Below, piece by piece: positions 61,600 to 64,000 of a DNA stretch of 64,000 bases. The notes beneath the pieces are model-generated. The model was not told the DNA's origin. It made no database searches and saw only the letters and a program-made list of their open reading frames with translations. Location of the stretch: positions 193,834-257,833 of the forward strand of contig MU004189.1 of NCBI GenBank assembly GCA_010093605.1, given 5' to 3'. A program made the position numbers and the translations under genes. This stretch comes from Lophium mytilinum (Eukaryota). How positions within the stretch are numbered: the first letter of the stretch is position 1; every line of letters begins with the position of its first letter.

Positions 61600-63514
61600 A
61601 TGGAGCTGTCGTCCCCGCTCGCGGCCATGCATCCACCGCCCATTCCTGGTCCCTGGGGCTACCGCCGCGACCTGCCACCCTCAAGACCCTTGTTCGGTGG
61701 AGCAAACACATTTGGATCCAAGAACTTCAACTTCAGGGATATGAGCATGAAGAAGAGCAGCACCGACTACTTCACGCTGCAGCCGCTGCGTGGCTCGTCG
61801 CCGACCGCCAGTCTAGCCGCCGACATGTCGTCGAACCTGCATGTCGACCAGAGGTACGCCCTTGCTTCGATCCGCATTCTGAACCTCTCAATTGACGATT
61901 CCTAGTCCCCAGGTTGCGACTCCGCGTCGGTCGCTCTTCACTCAGAACCTCTTCCAGCCATTGGACAACCGGGGTAAGAGAGCTTCACACAGTGCTTCAC
62001 TGCAGCGAGCGAGACTGACATGCACCCAAGCAGAAGGCACCACGACACCACCATTTCGGTGGGAAGGTGTTACAACCCCACCAATTCCATCGTCGTCCCC
62101 CTGCTTCGCACCCGACTCGATGGACATCTCGCCTCTCCCCCACAAGGCGCCCTTCTCGTTCGTCAGTGATCTGAGCATTCCATCGCCCACCCCGGAGTCG
62201 AGAAACGATTGCGAGGACATGCTGTCGCCATGCACACTTCCACCAGCGAACCCTCTCCTGGAGGTCCCTAGGCCTGTGTCTGCTGCAGAGTATGTTGGTT
62301 GAACCTGCTGTTGTAGACGAGTACTGATCTTTCATAGTCGTAGGAAGTCGGCCCTGCTCCGACCTTCCCTTTCACGTACCAAGAACTGGTCTACCAACAC
62401 AGTATCCCTCAAGACAAAGGAGAACCCATGTCCACCTTTCAGATTCGGGTTGGGACAGAGCGGGCTATCGAATTCGTCGACACCCACGCTTGACGAGTGC
62501 TTCGCTGCCTCTCCACCACAGGACCGGAAGATGTTCGGAGGTCCCCTCATGGGCGCCCCAAAGCCCAAGCAGCCTTTCACCCTCAATCCTAGCTTCGGTC
62601 GTGGGAATGGCTCGCCGTTGAGTGCACACATCCGAAAGCCTGCTGGAGTTCCTTCCCGGCGCCCCAGCAAGTTCAGGAGATCTCTCAGCATGTACGAAAA
62701 CCCCGGGGATATCATGAACCAAGACAAGGAGAGCTATTCTTCTACTACGCTCAACCCTGTGATGGATGTGTGTGATGACACGCCGGCTCTTCGGCTACCT
62801 CATTTCGTACCTGCGAACGAACCCGACAGCATCCCGCGTATATCTGATACCACATTAATCAGCGTTCTTGACGGCGAATTCAATCATGTCTACGACAAGA
62901 CGGTCATTGTGGACTGCCGTTTTGAATATGAATACAAAGGTGGCCACATCGACGGGGCTATTAACTTCTGCGAAAAGGAGCAGCTTGCCGAGGAACTCTT
63001 CAACCAAGTCTCACCACCCAACACACTACTAATTTTCCACTGCGAGTACTCCGCGCACCGCGCACCCCTAATGTAAGTTCTTCATACCTACTTGTTGATG
63101 ACTCATCTAACCCATCGCAGGGCCAAAGCTATCCGTGGCAGAGATCGTGAAGTCAACATTGAAAGCTACCCTCGTCTTACCTATCCCGAGGTATACATTC
63201 TCCAGGGTGGCTACAGTTCTTTCTACGAATCGCACCGGCCCCGCTGCATAGGGGACTACTTGCGAATGGACGCCAAGGAGCATGAAAGCGCTTGCGAGCG
63301 CGGTATGAACAAACTCCGCCAGCGTACAAAACTAAACCGGGCCCAAACATTTGCATTTGGTCAGCAACAGTTTGGCCAGCAGTCCTGTCAGATGGAAGAC
63401 AGTCCCACTGCGCACAGCAGATCTAAAACCGGCGGTATCCTTCCGATGGGAATGGAGTCCGATAATTGCTTTAATCCTGGACGATACGGCACTCGTCGAA
63501 TGGCCTCGTATTAG
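61600..63514 (+). CDS. cdc25: M-phase inducer phosphatase Cdc25/Mih1/NimT
   Basis: MELSSPLAAM, RGSSPTASLAADMSSN, MDISPLPHKAPF, IVDCRFEYEYKGGHI, active-site HCEYSAHR, YPEVYILQGGYSSF. Confidence 0.95.
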
Positions 63515-64000
63515 GTCGACGAGACCAATGACCGAACACAATGCTTATGGCGAACGGATTTACGGAGTTATTGATGGACCACTTTTCCCTGATTTCAGCA
63601 TTACGGCGTTGCGAGCAGATTCCGGTCCTATCCTTGCGGCGTTCAAGCGGCGACCTTTTGCTATTGCTCGTGGAGAGCTACTCTTGGCTTCTTGGTCTGC
63701 TTCCGGAGAAGTACTCAATTGCTCCTGGTCCTGCGATCGATACCTCCGGGACAAAACTTGGAGTCTTGTTCTACTTCTTAGCTCTTTAGAGCTCCTTTTT
63801 TTGCATCACATTACTCGCGGGAACTGTACCTCTCCAGGCACTTTGTCCAGGAGGTCGGTACTGTTGGCGCAGCTGTTGCCTGCTGCTTCGCGATCTTCAG
63901 ATTTCCTTTGTTTCTTCCTCGTCGACATTACTCCTATGATCATCACAAACATCAGCACTGCTCTCATGACGCATGTTGCAACACTGCACGCTCATGACGA

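Noticed and set aside
1..64000. tRNA, rRNA, CRISPR arrays, intact transposases or Starship captain genes
   Set aside because: None recognisable by eye; tRNAscan-SE and Infernal would be needed to exclude small ncRNAs.

Overview
Gene-dense, intron-containing filamentous ascomycete DNA (Pezizomycotina, probably Dothideomycete-like; species not determinable). It opens with about 1.5 kb of AT-rich, RIP-type degenerate repeat. About 25 spliced genes follow. Housekeeping genes: RidA/YjgF, Pex11-family, Ric8, MAK16, VPS28, GPN3, MED4, frequenin/NCS-1, TM9/EMP70, POL5, cdc25. Transporters: MFS sugar, PTR2. Metabolic genes: a divergent galactonate dehydratase + KDG-type aldolase pair, an SDR, a cupin and a cyclase. 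There are also several orphans and gene relics. Most unusual observations: (i) a ~750-bp imperfect palindrome between POL5 and cdc25 whose loop is bounded by a GTAAGT donor and a CAG acceptor, so splicing would leave a long stem with a 5-nt loop; (ii) a 65-codon ORF in frequenin intron 1 that can splice in frame as an alternative, non-myristoylated N-terminus; (iii) a chimeric relic joining a CFEM-like pseudogene to the 3' end of a terpene prenyltransferase; (iv) a RidA with a peroxisomal PTS1 whose catalytic Arg is on a 10-nt microexon. All exon structures were read by eye and no database searches were run.
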